This document shows, piece by piece, positions 52,261 through 62,990 of a DNA stretch of 64,000 nucleotides. Position numbers and translations under genes: made by a program. The DNA lies in assembly GCF_009834535.1 (NCBI RefSeq), contig NC_045706.1, positions 31,560,001-31,624,000 on the forward strand, read 5' to 3'. This stretch comes from Camelus ferus. Lineage: Eukaryota. Within the stretch, counting starts at the first letter, position 1. Each line of letters begins with the position of its first letter. A model generated the notes under the pieces. The model was not told the DNA's origin, did no database searches, and saw only the letters and a program-made list of their open reading frames with translations.

Positions 52261-55120
52261 GTTAATTTAATTCAACATATATCTACTGGATACCTATTTA
52301 TTATGTGCTAGGCACAGTGATGGATGTTGGGAATATAACTGTCAGTAAGATGGGCCTGGTCTTTTCCTTACAGTTGGGAAAGCTATTCATAGAGAATGAG
52401 ATGAGAAGAGGGCCTAGGACAGAACCCTGAGGAACTCAATGTTTAAAGTCAATTAGCAAAGAAGACTGAGAAAGAGACAGAGCATGTGGGTGTGTGGTGT
52501 GTACGCGCGCCTGTGTGGGCTAGTGTGTAGAACCCCAGGTATAAGAAAACCAAGAAAGGACAGCATGAAGGAAGCCAAGGGAAGAAGGTATATCCAGAAA
52601 GTGTGGTCAGTTATGTCAATGTTGCTGCAAGGTCAAGCAAGATGAAGACTAACAAAACATCCACTGGACTTAGCTCTGAGTGGCTATTGTGAACTTTCTG
52701 TGGAAGGCCTGGGCGTGTATCTTTATTACACTGTAAACTCTTAGATGGAAACAAAGTTCTCTGTTCAATTTGTGCTTAATGAATGTTATTTCATGATGAT
52801 AATCCTACATATTGCTGAGCATCATAAGGGCCAAAATGGTTTTCTATTTTATACCACTTCCCATTATTGCAGCTAATGAAAAAGTAATTGCTCTTGTAAA
52901 TGGAGAATAATTTAATACTTACTCAAACCTTGGCTGTTTTAGATAATCAAAAACTATACTTCATCCATCCATCGGTCACTGTCATCGTTCAGCCATCAAG
53001 CATACATGGAGCAACCACCAACTACCCAGGGCTCATGAGCGTTGTGCTAGAGATGTGAATAGGGAAGGAAAGGACAGAAGGAAGCCTAGAAAGATGTATT
53101 TGACCTAGTATATCTCAATGAGTTAATTTTGAAATTGCAATCTCTATTTTTACAGCTTTCCATGACCATTCAAAAAGGGTGTACAGTTAAAGTTTTGTGA
53201 CTTAAAGACAAAATTTCAGAAAATGCTTCTGTTCTGCTTAAATGAAAAAACAAGATTTCAGCAGAGAAGGTCTTTGTTCTTGTTGGGGAGCATCCACCTA
53301 TAATTTATTGTTTGCCTGGTATTTATTTACACCTTGGTATTTATGTCTGATTCATTTTCTTTTTAAATTTGAGTGCTCATTTTAGGAACAGAAGAGCAGA
53401 GACAGTTCATTTTCAAATACAATAAAATTATAGTAAGTAATGGCAGTGCTAATTATTTATTGTCATTTATCAAGTCAGAGGCCAAAGTTTATTTTTCTTC
53501 ATTGTGTGAATTACTAGTAGACCTGTACTTGGGGTCAGGTGGATTGATAAATGCCCAAGTAAACCATTTTCAAGCACACCTGAAAATTTTAATTTCTACT
53601 CTACCAATAAAATCTAGACATATTAATTTCAAATAATTTTAAAAATATTTCTTAAAACAAGTCTATGTAAGGATTTTATGAGGGAATTAAAAAAAAAACT
53701 TAATTGAAGTATTTGCAAATGTTAAAGTTTGGAAGGTTAGGGAAGTCTTCAGGAATAAGATTAACCTTGAGTTGATCCTTACAGACTCTGGAATGAACAT
53801 GGTAAGTATAGCACATTGGCAGAAGTAAAGCTTTCTTTAGGAAGGTAGAAGAAGGAAAAAAATGGGAAGTATATGCTAAGTTCACAGTGGGAATAAGAAG
53901 ACCATTTAGTTCTTTTAAAAAGAGCTTTTGGCAGATTGATTCAAAATGATTTTTTTTCCTCTTAAATTGTTAGTTTTGTTTTTTCCTTAGAAATAACTGG
54001 AAACAAAGACTACTGACTGCTGCAAATTGGTAGTCTCTGGTAATGCTACTTTAGTTCTATTTGATGAAGAGGGGAAATAGAAAATTATGACAGTTTTAAA
54101 TGATGCTTAACATCTTTAGTTCAGTCAGCATAGTCATCAACTGGCATTTACTCTGAACCCCTTGAGTAGATGGTATTAAACCAGATCCCACAAGAAATAA
54201 TATCTCCTGCCTATGTGAGCAAAGTGGTAGCCGAACTATTGCTCTCAGAAGCTCTAGGTAATACTGGTTGATGTTAAGATGTGAGATTCATGAGGTTACA
54301 ATAGGAAAAATGAACACTGGAAAAAAAAATTTTTTTAATAGAAATTGTATCTACTTTCTGTCTTGAATAAAGAAGTCATTGTCCTATGCAATGAAACACT
54401 AAATATGTCAAATTACTTTAAAATATTTTACCAAAGATTATCTTAAGATTAAAAGAGTTGAATTTTATTTGATTGTTCATTGTATGAATAATGCAAGGTA
54501 AACTTTCATTTTGACAAATAAAATAAGGAGGTGAGTTGATTCAGAGCATATAAGTATAATCTTGAAATAAGTGATTTGTGCCTTCATTGAAAACTCAAAT
54601 ACAGGCAATTTTGGTGTATAGATAAGATGTCAAAAATTTGTGACTGAAACCTATTTTTAACCTGCTCTCCAAGTTTAATATATTTCATATTAAGGTAATT
54701 TTCAATTTATAATATTAAACATATTTCTTTTAAATGTGGCCAGATTTTAAATATTTATCTTTCCCTAGTAGTTCCTCCTCCCTTTCTTATCCCCCACCCT
54801 TTCTCTTTTGCTCTGGTAGGGTTCCTATTGCTGGCTACCCTGTCATTACAGGTCTAATGCCATTTAAGGTAGCTCCGCTGGGTTTATTTATTTTGAGTCC
54901 TAAAATCTAGTTTCTCTTTTAACCTGACTTACTAAATCAAGTTGACAAACCAGTTTATTTTTCACCCTTTGATTTATATTGGTTAGGAAGATACAATGTA
55001 ATCCGGCACAGCCTCTTTCTCTTGGAATCTGTATTATCGAGGCTTCCTGCTTTCCTGGCTGAACGTGCTTAAATCGGGCAGAGTACCTTGTGAAGGACTT
55101 CAGCCCCCACAGTTCCCTGT

Positions 55121-55252
55121 GTGCGCATGCCCTCTCTTCTTACAGTTGTCAAAGTGCTTTTGCCAGAGCGGTCACATAATCAACCTGAAAGAAGAAAATA
55201 AATACTGTACACTTTTTAATTTTATCGATCCTTAAAAACTGGACACTCAAAG
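55121..55252 (+). other. CPEB3: Candidate CPEB3 alternative proximal 5' exon/promoter
   Basis: NRF1-like GTGCGCATGC 55121-55130, local CpGs, donor AAG|GTAACT at 55252/55253, ~2.8 kb upstream of the coding exon. I recall a similarly placed alternative first exon in human. Confidence 0.55.
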
Positions 55253-57878
55253 GTAACTGCGGCTAAGAATTTATTACTTGAGATTGGGTGATTGCATGTA
55301 AAGGAAGATCTATTGTGTATGTGGTGGGGGGAGGGGAAGGAGGTATCTATTTCTCGGACTTTGCTGTAAATAAGCAAAAAGAAAGAAAGAAACAAAAAAC
55401 CCACCCAAACGAGCAAACTGTACAAGCAGTTGCTGACATTGCATATTAACTTTGTAAATGTTCTCTTAATCTATTGCTTATCTTTTGTTTCAAAGGGTCT
55501 TATTTGTTAAAGATGGGTCTTGACCTTGACAGTGAATTTATGCAGAAAGTGAAATTTATGTCTTTAAGGAGTGCTGAGGAGAAATGCGTGTTCCTGGTAT
55601 GATAAAATTTTTAAAATTCAATAAATATACTAATATTAATTACAGCCTTCTTAAAATATTCTGAGGCCAGCTTACTTTTTTGGCTTTTTTGCTGTAGTAC
55701 AGCATTAATTTTTCCACCAAGAACATATAGTTTAAACTGAAGGCATTAACAAAAAGCATTGGAGAAGCTGAGTGATATTAAAATTATAATCAAATGCATA
55801 TTTCAGCCATCATGATATGCCTATTGTAAAGACAATTCTAGCCTACTGGAAGAGACTCAAATCCCAGATTATAATGGTTTACTGCAGCACTGCTTAAACC
55901 AAGTATGAAAATGTCTCTTTCTGTGTCCATTTCCTTTGGCAGCAATAGAACTTTGTGCTGTTGGGAATCCATGCTCTGCTTGCCTCTTTGTGTCATATTT
56001 TACAGTACTGATCAAAGCCATTGTTTTAGACCAAGGAAACTAAGGAACACAAAATCAAGCTTAAGTAGGTTTTACTGGTAGTAGCTAGTAATTTGTGATG
56101 TATATTATATTGGGTTGGTTTTTTGACCGGGGAAGTTGGGGAGGGAGGAGTAGAAAAGAGAGTAAGGTGGCTGTGAAGCTTTTCCTTGAGCCCACTGTTT
56201 TGTCTATGTATGAAACTTTAAAGTGAAAGATTAACCATTTTAAAGATAGTCTTTAATAAAATAGTAGAACTATTTTTAATCCCATTTCTTAGTCTGACAT
56301 ATTTCCCTTAATAGTTAAGAGTGGTAGCCTATCCGTTTTCCAACACATTTATTTTACAATAGTTATTATCATGAGAATGTCCAAAGGCAAAACTTCTGTG
56401 TGTATCTGAATGCCCTTTCACAAGTGCCCTGAGAAAGATGCTTCTCCAAGTATCTGAATTAATTAACTGTATTAAATATATTAATAACTTTGCAATTATA
56501 CTGAATCATCATCTAAAAATAATTAAATATTTGGTAATATGCTCCTTGAACATTGCAAAATATTTTTCTGGGTCTCAGCACCGTAATATTCATATATTTA
56601 AAACAATTAACATGTTCTAAGAGACATCCTCAGTGATAACTATGTATAGAAATCTGGTTTTTGAGTGATTACTATTTTCATCTTTGAATGATAAAACAGG
56701 CTATGTGGCAGAGGTGAATATAGCCCTTCTATGCGAAATGGAAAATACCATACGCTCCTTATATGGCTAAATGAAGCAATGATGGCAATGCACTATAATT
56801 ACAATGTATGAAAATCTGGGACTTTGTACTATGCTATTTTTAACACTTTAGCTAGCATATGGTAATTCAGGGTCTTCAAACCATAATCTTTCACTGCTAA
56901 TACTAGTAATAAGAGAATGGATTCTAAATTTGCCAAAGTCTTGTGACCAAGGCAGCAGCAGGAGGATTCAAAAATGAAAATCTGGCAACCCCAGAATTAT
57001 CTTGACTTTCCGCTTAAATCTCAGAGGGATTTTTTTTTAAAGCCCCACCCCCACCCCATCTCACAGCCAGTGTGCCCTGCCCTCCCGTCCTCTTTTCCGC
57101 TTTCTCTCCCTCTCCCTCTCTCTCACTGACCTCAAATCCAACCAGAACATTTCTTCACTCTGCAGAGAAATTCTCAGGCTCCTGTTGAGACCTGAACCAC
57201 TGAGATGCCAAGAAATCTCTTGTGTGGCAGAATTGGAGATGAGAAAATTGGAGAATAAGCAGAAAAACCCTAATCCTTAAAGTAACAAGAAGGAAGCACT
57301 TCCAAATGTTTCAATAGATATTTCTCTTTAAAGGCGATGGTTTTTTAATGCCTCCTAACAAAATGGAGTAGCTAAAGCTACTGGGAGGCCAGAGAATGAT
57401 TGTGCAGCTGAGTCCTCCTCCTAACAAATGCCAAGGATTTCCTCCCTCGTGGCTCGCTGCTGCTAAATGAAACAATTATCAAGGCAAGAAGGCAGTTTGC
57501 TAATAAAGGGGGGAAAGACTACTGTTTCTTTAAAGTGCCTGAGCAGGAAAGGGGGAAAGAAAGGGTCGTGTGCGGTGTCTTTTTAACCTTGTTGAAGGAC
57601 GCAGCAGTATTTATTGACGTATGCAAATAACTGGGGGAGGGTGGTGCTTGGGAAAAAACAGGAACCAGAATCAGTTTCTCATTGCAGGGTGAACGCTCTG
57701 AGTTCCGGTGAAGGGAAAAGAGACGTGGCGAAATTGCTGTCTTTCTGTCTTATAAGCACATCTCTCAATAATACAGAAAAGGAACCTAGACATCAGAAAG
57801 GGTGAAGACGCTCTCAGTATTTTTACAGACCTTGCACGAGCCCCCCCACCCCCACCCCAGCCCGACCTGTTCTTCTAA

Positions 57879-58028
57879 ATGGGAGATTATGGATTTGCAT
57901 TGCAATTGGCTAGTAGCGGTGGTACTGGATTTTCGCAAGTAAAACACCCGCCCGCTTCAGCGAGGGGTATTAACGAACACATTGACAATAACGCGTCTCT
58001 CTTTTTTCCCGTTTCAGCTGCGCAAACC
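57879..58028 (+). CDS. CPEB3: Putative in-frame 50-aa N-terminal extension of CPEB3 (MGDYGFALQL...), CPEB4/CPEB2-like
   Basis: Open frame from ATG 57879 through the acceptor into MQDDLL. The first six residues match the CPEB4 N-terminus as recalled. Confidence 0.65.
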
Positions 58029-58088
58029 ATGCAGGATGATTTACTGATGGACAAAAGCAAAACCCAGCCCCAGCCCCAGCAGCAGCGG

Positions 58089-58128
<40 letters not shown>

Positions 58129-59060
58129 CGCAGCCCCAGCCCGAGCCCAGCGCAGCCGAAGCCCCGTCCACGCCCCTGTCCTCAGAGACCCCCAAGTCGG
58201 AGGACAGCAGCGCAGTGCCGGCCCTCAGCCCCGCCGCGGCCCCGCCGGCCCCCAACGGCCCCGACAAGATGCAGATGGAATCGCCGCTCCTGCCGGGCTT
58301 GAGTTTCCACCAGCCCCCTCAGCAGCCGCCGCCACCACCGCAGGAGCCCGCGGCGCCGGGCGCGTCGCTGTCGCCGTCCTTCGGCAGCACCTGGTCCACA
58401 GGCACCACGAACGCGGTAGAGGACAGCTTCTTCCAGGGGATCACCCCAGTCAACGGGACCATGCTCTTCCAGAACTTCCCGCACCACGTCAACCCAGTCT
58501 TCGGAGGCACCTTCTCCCCGCAGATCGGCCTGGCGCAGACCCAGCACCACCAGCAGCCGCCGCCGCCCGCGCCGCAGCCCGCGCAGCCAGCGCAGCCCCC
58601 GCAGGCGCAGCCCCCGCAGCAGCGCCGGTCCCCAGCCAGCCCCAGCCAGGCCCCCTACGCGCAGAGGGGCGCCGCCGCGGCGTACGGTCACCAGCCCATC
58701 ATGACTAGCAAGCCGTCCTCGTCCTCCGCTGCAGCGGCCGCGGCTGCGGCCGCCGCCGCCTCGTCTGCCTCGTCCAGCTGGAACACGCACCAGAGCGTGA
58801 ATGCCGCCTGGAGCGCGCCGTCCAACCCGTGGGGCGGCCTGCAGGCGGGCCGGGACCCTCGCCGGGCGGTCGGCGTGGGTGTGGGCGTGGGCGTAGGGGT
58901 GCCTTCTCCGCTCAACCCCATCTCGCCGCTCAAAAAGCCCTTCTCCAGCAACGTGATCGCGCCGCCCAAGTTCCCCCGTGCGGCCCCGCTCACCTCCAAG
59001 TCCTGGATGGAGGATAACGCTTTCCGGACCGATAATGGTAACAATCTGTTGCCATTTCAG
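58029..59060 (+). CDS. CPEB3: CPEB3 first coding exon: N-terminal prion-like/low-complexity region, 344 codons
   Basis: MQDDLLMDKSKTQPQ...FQNFPHHVNPVFGGTFSPQIG...SPLKKPFSSNVIAPPKF...WMEDNAFRTDNGNNLLPFQ. Acceptor TTTCAG|C at 58017/58018, Kozak ACCATGC, donor CAG|GTAATG at 59060/59061. Confidence 0.98.
58077..58127 (+). repeat. Coding CAG repeat (CAG)3 CGG (CAG)7 CAA (CAG)5
   Basis: Read directly; encodes QQQR followed by Q13. Confidence 0.95.
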
Positions 59061-61631
59061 GTAATGCTCCAATGCACCTGCACACGCCTTCCTTCTGCCC
59101 CGCTCCCTTTGCCCCGTACTCCCTGCCATTTAATCATTCACTGATGTTTATTCTTTAAAAATGGCAACGATGTCCAGCTCCCCTGACCCTTTCCAAAGCC
59201 TTCAGTTAACTGGTGCTGTTCCAGTCCCTGGGTCAAGAGGGTGGGAGAACATTGTGACAGCTTGAGGAATTGTATTTATGCACCCTGACAAGATGGAAAA
59301 GGGCCTTTTTCTTTTAGTTTATTTTTTCCTTCACCGTGCTTGTGCCTCTTATTTTGACCTCCTTTGACTAGTAAAGCTGTGAGTGTATGGCAGGGTGCCG
59401 GCATAATCCCAGGATGAGTAGGCTGAGATTCCTGTCGTTTTAAGTAGCTACACATTTCAGGTTATGCAATCCCGGGCTCGGGGTGCCGCCTGAAAGCTGT
59501 CCACTCCCAAACCACCCTGGCCCTATTCTTAAAGAGGTTAACAGCTCTTGAGTGGTGCTATTTCAGACAGTTGCATATGCTCAATTAAACTAATGTGAAC
59601 ACATGTGTTTATGTCTCGCTAAGGTGCTGGCATCATTAATAGCAATCAGCATATTGCCCCTGCCGGGAAAATTATGAGTGTGAGATTCCAGTAAACACTG
59701 GAACTCTATCAGGAACCGAGATGGAAGAGTGGAAATTCTAGGGGTAGCCCTTGCTATGTTACCTAGAAGAAAGACTTAGAAATTGCTTTTTTCCAGAGGA
59801 AGGAGACAATAGGACGCGACCTTCAGAGCCATATTGCAATGGAGTCTATTTGCTAGCTAGCACTGAAATATTTAAAGCTGCAGTGTCCTTCAGTTGGGTT
59901 ATTTAAGAAGACAATGCAGATCAATTACATCATTTGAAACTGGGCAAAGTGAAAGTCTTGCAACTTTAATGAAAAATGAGCCTTGTGTCTTGGTGTTAAA
60001 TGCCAATGAAAAACCCAGGAAGTGCCCCAGACAGAAAGGTTGAATGGAGCGTCCTTATTCTGTTCTTGCTTTCTGATCCAGCCCACGGCCACACTGGTTG
60101 GCTGTGTCCTGGACATCTTGAGTTGGAAAGGGGTGGTGAGGGTGAATGTTCACTGGGGGCCTTTGTTCTCAGCAAACATTTATCCTTCACTGACAAATTG
60201 ATTTGGCCATACGCTTCCAGGCTCAGTTGAAAAAGAAAAGAAGAAAGGAAGGAGAGAGGAGGGCTTTGGATAAGACACTGTTTGGATCTTTGGATCCAAG
60301 GAAATGAAACAAATCCTTTGAGCATTGCTGAAAAATGGCAGAACCGACATTTGACAGTTTAAAGCGTCAGGTGCAATTGGAACCTTCATTTTATTGCTCT
60401 TTACATTTCAGATGTGTTGTTTGGGGTGACTCCCATCCATGAAGAAGGAGATAGGGTTATTAAGAAGCACATGATTCTCTAAGCTAGGGCAAGGATTTTT
60501 AACCTTAACAATTCAAGGGGGTCCATGAAACTCATAGATTGTACGTATGAGAGTTTTTAATGAGAAGAGGATCTTACCAAATTTTTACAGGGGTCCTTCA
60601 GGAATGGAAGATTTTAATATTAAAGTGTATTTCTCCCATTATTCTAAAGTTTATTTTAATAAAATGATAACACCTTGCCAGCTGGGATTAGATTGATAGA
60701 GAAAAAGAGGACTCTGCTTTCTGGAATTTCACTATATGCTTATTTGTATGTGAAAGGGGAGGCTGGACAGGAAGCCTAAATTTGGTAAGAGAGCCCCTCT
60801 TTTTATTCTCATGCCTTCTACCCAAGTCCAATCTTAGAGGGTGACGTAAAATCTGATGGGGAGGTTTAGGGGGTTGGAAAGTGGCGGTGTAGACATCAAT
60901 TATCTTTTTCTAGGAGTTGGATCTGAATACAACTAGCTTTTGATTCATCATCTCCAGAAATGGGGGCTGAGAAGAGATTAAATCCGTAAAATCTCCCCTA
61001 AACTGATACTGACGAGTAATGTGGGGATTGCCAGTTGTTTCTCAGCAAGCCGTATACCAGCCATGCTAATGAGAGCCAGATGGACTGGGTTGAGTTTGGT
61101 CTCCTATTTTTCGGTCCGTGGTCATGCTATCAAGTAGGGGAAGATAGCCAAAAGATTTGTAGGAGGAGAGATTTTATTGAAAATTGAGCTTTATAAATTT
61201 GGCCTCAAGAAGAATTACATGGGCTTTTTGTCTCATTTCTTTTCCTTACTTAAAATGGAGCTTCAGAGTTTTGAAGCCTTATTAGAACCAGAGTGGGAAT
61301 AAGCTGGCTGTGTTTTGGCTTGGAATATTATCAGACATAGTTTGTGTTGATAAGTATACCAAGTTTAAAAAACAAAAACAAAACACTGTCTTGTGTGCAG
61401 AATTGTACATTCCTGTCTGTTTATTTAAATCATTTTTTTAATACAAAAGGGAGAGAATACCTTAAGTAGTTCTTTTTACAAAAATTGTTTGTTTTGACAA
61501 ATAGGACTTTTTTCTTTAAGTAGAAGAGTTTATTTCATAGAATACTGACCCAGTTTTTTATTTCACAGACTCTTTGAGCCAAAAGGGACCTTCAATAGTG
61601 ATTTACTCTAATGTATCTTAATCTTAAAAAA

Positions 61632-61663
<32 letters not shown>

Positions 61664-61672
61664 ATATATATA
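61632..61672. repeat. (AT)n(GT)n(AT)n microsatellite
   Basis: Read directly. Confidence 0.9.
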
Positions 61673-62784
61673 TCTCCGCCTACTCCAATAATACAGCTTC
61701 ATCTTGTTTTGCCAACCAACACTATAGAATTTTTGGAGCTTTACTTCTGTGGTTTATGTTGTGAAAGCAATAATTATATTAAATGTGGTTTTTCAAGCTG
61801 CACTTGCTTTCTTATCCCTTCCCTTAATTCTAGCAAGTTGATTGATTTCTCTGAGTTAGGGTGGCTGCTTCCTTAGGGACTACTTGTATCTAAAAGCCAT
61901 CTCATTTCTATAAATAAAGAAACTGAGGTCCTGAAAGTTAGAGTGACATAACTCAGACACTAGAGCTTTGCCTAATTTTGCTGATGTGTGTCCTTAACTT
62001 CCCTGTAGCACTAGTCCTGTCAGGTAGAATTCATTTTAAGTCAGGGTCTCCTTGGGCTCCATTCAAATGGACTTAGTTATGGAACTGTCTCGTGGGGTTC
62101 TCTGACTGCCTCTTAGTGATGGACCGTCCACCAGCAGAGCTCAAGAGCAGTGAGATACCCCACCTGGGGAATTATACATTTGCTTCATTTTATATTTGTA
62201 TAAGACAGGGAAGCCTACTTCTGTAAAAGGACTAGAACAGAGGTGTTTTCTCTATGCAGTGAATTTGAGTTTAAATAACATTATTGTCCAGAGAAGTTTA
62301 AAAAGGACTTTTGAGGGCACCTATTCCACTTAGTCTGCTCATTTTCTGTAAGAGGAAATCAAAGTCCAAATACGTGAAATGACTTGCCCAAGTTCAGGTG
62401 GGTAGTTTCTGTCAGAAGCGGACTTTGGAGGTGGGTTGCGTAGGTTCAGATCTCACCTCTGCCAGATCCTGGCCTCATAATCTTGAACAAATTATGTCAC
62501 TTGTAAAATGGAAATAATAGTAATTACTTGCTTCATAGAGGTTCAAATGAGAAACTATATACAAAGTGCTTAGCACAGTGCTTGGCCCTTAGTAAAGTGC
62601 CATATTAATTGGGTTCTGATTGTTGTTATTACAATGGTGACCAGAGCTCTGCATGATCGTATTGTAGTGTGGATTACCCATTTTTCACACAGTGCAATCT
62701 GAAAACCCCCAAACTTCTATGTAACGTCATTTAGTCTCCTTTTTCTGTCTGAAGTACCTTCTGGCTATTGTAACAATGTGGTAA

Positions 62785-62990
62785 TCCACCATTTACCTAT
62801 GAGCCAGGCCCTGTGCTAAGCACTTTCCATGTAGTTTCTCACTGGAACCCCTTCAAGGTAGAGGACTGTTATTACCCTCATTATACTGACAAATAAATTG
62901 AGGGTTGGAGCATTTACATTATTTCCTCAAGATCACACAGCCAGTAACTGGCAGAGCTGGGATATGAACCCAGGCAATTTGCCTCCGGAG
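62785..62990 (-). mobile_element. MIR SINE
   Basis: GCCAGGCCCTGTGCTAAGCACTTT...AAGATCACACAGCCAGTAACTGGCAGAGCTGGGATATGAACCCAGG. Confidence 0.75.

Larger units (their letters stand above)
57800..59100. promoter_or_regulatory. Second CpG island over the CPEB3 coding exon, extending 5' of the acceptor
   Basis: High CpG density from ~57.8 kb, including the nominally intronic 57830-58017. Confidence 0.8.

Noticed and set aside
58182..59129. 315-aa antisense ORF, plus 57887-58267 with poly-Cys
   Set aside because: Shadow ORFs of GC-rich CPEB3 codons and the CAG repeat; no recognisable domain.
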